This document shows, in pieces, positions 63,170 through 64,000 of a stretch of 64,000 bases of DNA. A program made the translations under genes and the position numbers. The notes beneath the pieces are model-generated. The model did no database searches. It was not told the origin of the DNA and saw only the letters and a list, made by a program, of their open reading frames with translations. The DNA comes from a bacterium HR37 (GTDB lineage: Bacteria; Desulfobacterota_D; UBA1144; Nemesobacterales; CSP1-2): contig BEIN01000015.1 in the NCBI GenBank assembly GCA_002898375.1, positions 4,414 to 68,413 of the forward strand, given 5' to 3'. Position 1 is the first letter of the stretch, and each line of letters begins with the position of its first letter.

Positions 63170-63978
63170 GTCTTTTTCAATCCATGGTTTTGGGCTTCAT
63201 TCAGGGGGTTACGGAGTTTCTTCCCATAAGTAGTACAGCACACCTTGCACTTTTTCCTTGGTTTCTTTCCTGGAGTGACCCGGGGCTTGCTTTTAATGTT
63301 GCTCTTCATATGGGAACACTAGTTGCTGTTGTTTATTACTTCTGGAAGGATCTTTTTCTAATTGCCAAGGAGTTTGTAATTGGGGTATCTTTGGGTAGCT
63401 TCAAAGATTACTCAAACGGCAAACTGGGTTTTTTTATAATTATATCAACCATACCCGGAGCCCTGTTTGGTTTTTTCCTTGAGGAATACGCTGCGGGCAT
63501 ACTAAGACATCCTCTTGCAATAGCCTTATCTCTTTTCGTATTTGGGATAGTCCTATACATCTCAGACAGATTCTCCAGAAAGAGACGGAATATGCTGGAT
63601 ATGAATGTTTTTGATTGCCTGATTATAGGTTTGGCTCAGGCCTTTGCCGTTATTCCCGGTGTATCTCGCTCAGGTGTTACCATTGCCGGGGGTCTGGTGA
63701 GGAATTTAAAAAGAGATGAAGCTGCAAGGTTTTCTTTTTTGCTCGGAACACCTCTTATAGCTGGTGCTTTAGTGCTTGAATTAAGACATATAGACTACGC
63801 AACCATTTCTAGTTTGTCTTTTGTGTCAGGTATTCTTACCTCCTCTGTATTTGGTTTCCTAAGCATAAAGTACATGCTGAGATACGTTCAGACAAGAAGT
63901 TATACAGTCTTTGTTCTCTACAGAATTGTTCTTGCCTTGGTTATCCTAGGTGCTTGGCTTCATAAAAACGGAGTATGA
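63166..63978 (+). CDS. uppP: Undecaprenyl-diphosphate phosphatase
   Basis: 8-TM protein with conserved UppP/BacA motifs (EFLPISSTAHL, PGVSRSGVTI). Start overlaps the uvrA stop. Confidence 0.85.
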   Translation: MSLFQSMVLGFIQGVTEFLPISSTAHLALFPWFLSWSDPGLAFNVALHMGTLVAVVYYFWKDLFLIAKEFVIGVSLGSFKDYSNGKLGFFIIISTIPGALFGFFLEEYAAGILRHPLAIALSLFVFGIVLYISDRFSRKRRNMLDMNVFDCLIIGLAQAFAVIPGVSRSGVTIAGGLVRNLKRDEAARFSFLLGTPLIAGALVLELRHIDYATISSLSFVSGILTSSVFGFLSIKYMLRYVQTRSYTVFVLYRIVLALVILGAWLHKNGV

Positions 63979-64000
63979 TCAGCTTCAAGCTATAAAGCTT

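Overview
This window looks like ordinary chromosomal core genome, densely coded on both strands, from a sigma-54-containing bacterium. No rRNA, tRNA, CRISPR array, integrase or transposase was recognised. Several features suggest a deep-branching or thermophilic lineage, but this is inference only. They are an archaeal-type myo-inositol-1-phosphate synthase, a pyruvoyl-dependent arginine decarboxylase, an F-type ATPase operon without the a and c subunits, and the rpoN-hpf-ptsN-hprK-rapZ regulatory PTS cluster.

Recognisable loci, in order:
- yacL-ispD-ispF, followed by an unlisted partial membrane-protein ORF running off the left edge
- an MBL-fold hydrolase and purB
- a secreted DsbA-like oxidoreductase
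- a zinc-ribbon/RDD membrane protein translationally coupled to an ATP-grasp-like protein
- a CPA2 antiporter abutting atpF'-atpF-atpH-atpA-atpG-atpD-atpC
- rplM-rpsI followed directly by the inositol-1-phosphate synthase gene (minus strand)
- a HAD dehalogenase, a DUF255 thioredoxin-domain protein and mnmG
- SCP2, then a small membrane protein and a DUF1326 protein
- ADH, alpha/beta hydrolase, HAD-IIA, EIIA(Man), rapZ, hprK, ptsN, hpf and rpoN (minus-strand block)
- leuCD and eno
- an FG-GAP beta-propeller lipoprotein beside a tolC-macA-macB efflux operon
- hemW and yjbQ
- a cluster of small secreted or hypothetical proteins, one with a tandem-duplicated 4-Cys domain
- LOG, proA, a sigma-70 factor, recN, pdaD, a tRNA methyltransferase, tilS, a DUF502 protein, ihfA-pheT, uvrA and uppP

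The most unusual items are the coupled RDD/ATP-grasp-like pair, the duplicated Cys-domain secreted protein inside the small-protein island, a signal-peptide DUF1326 gene whose Shine-Dalgarno lies in an anti-SD hairpin, the inositol-phosphate synthase fused into the L13-S9 operon, and the FG-GAP lipoprotein. All functional calls come from motif recognition by eye. No database search was run.
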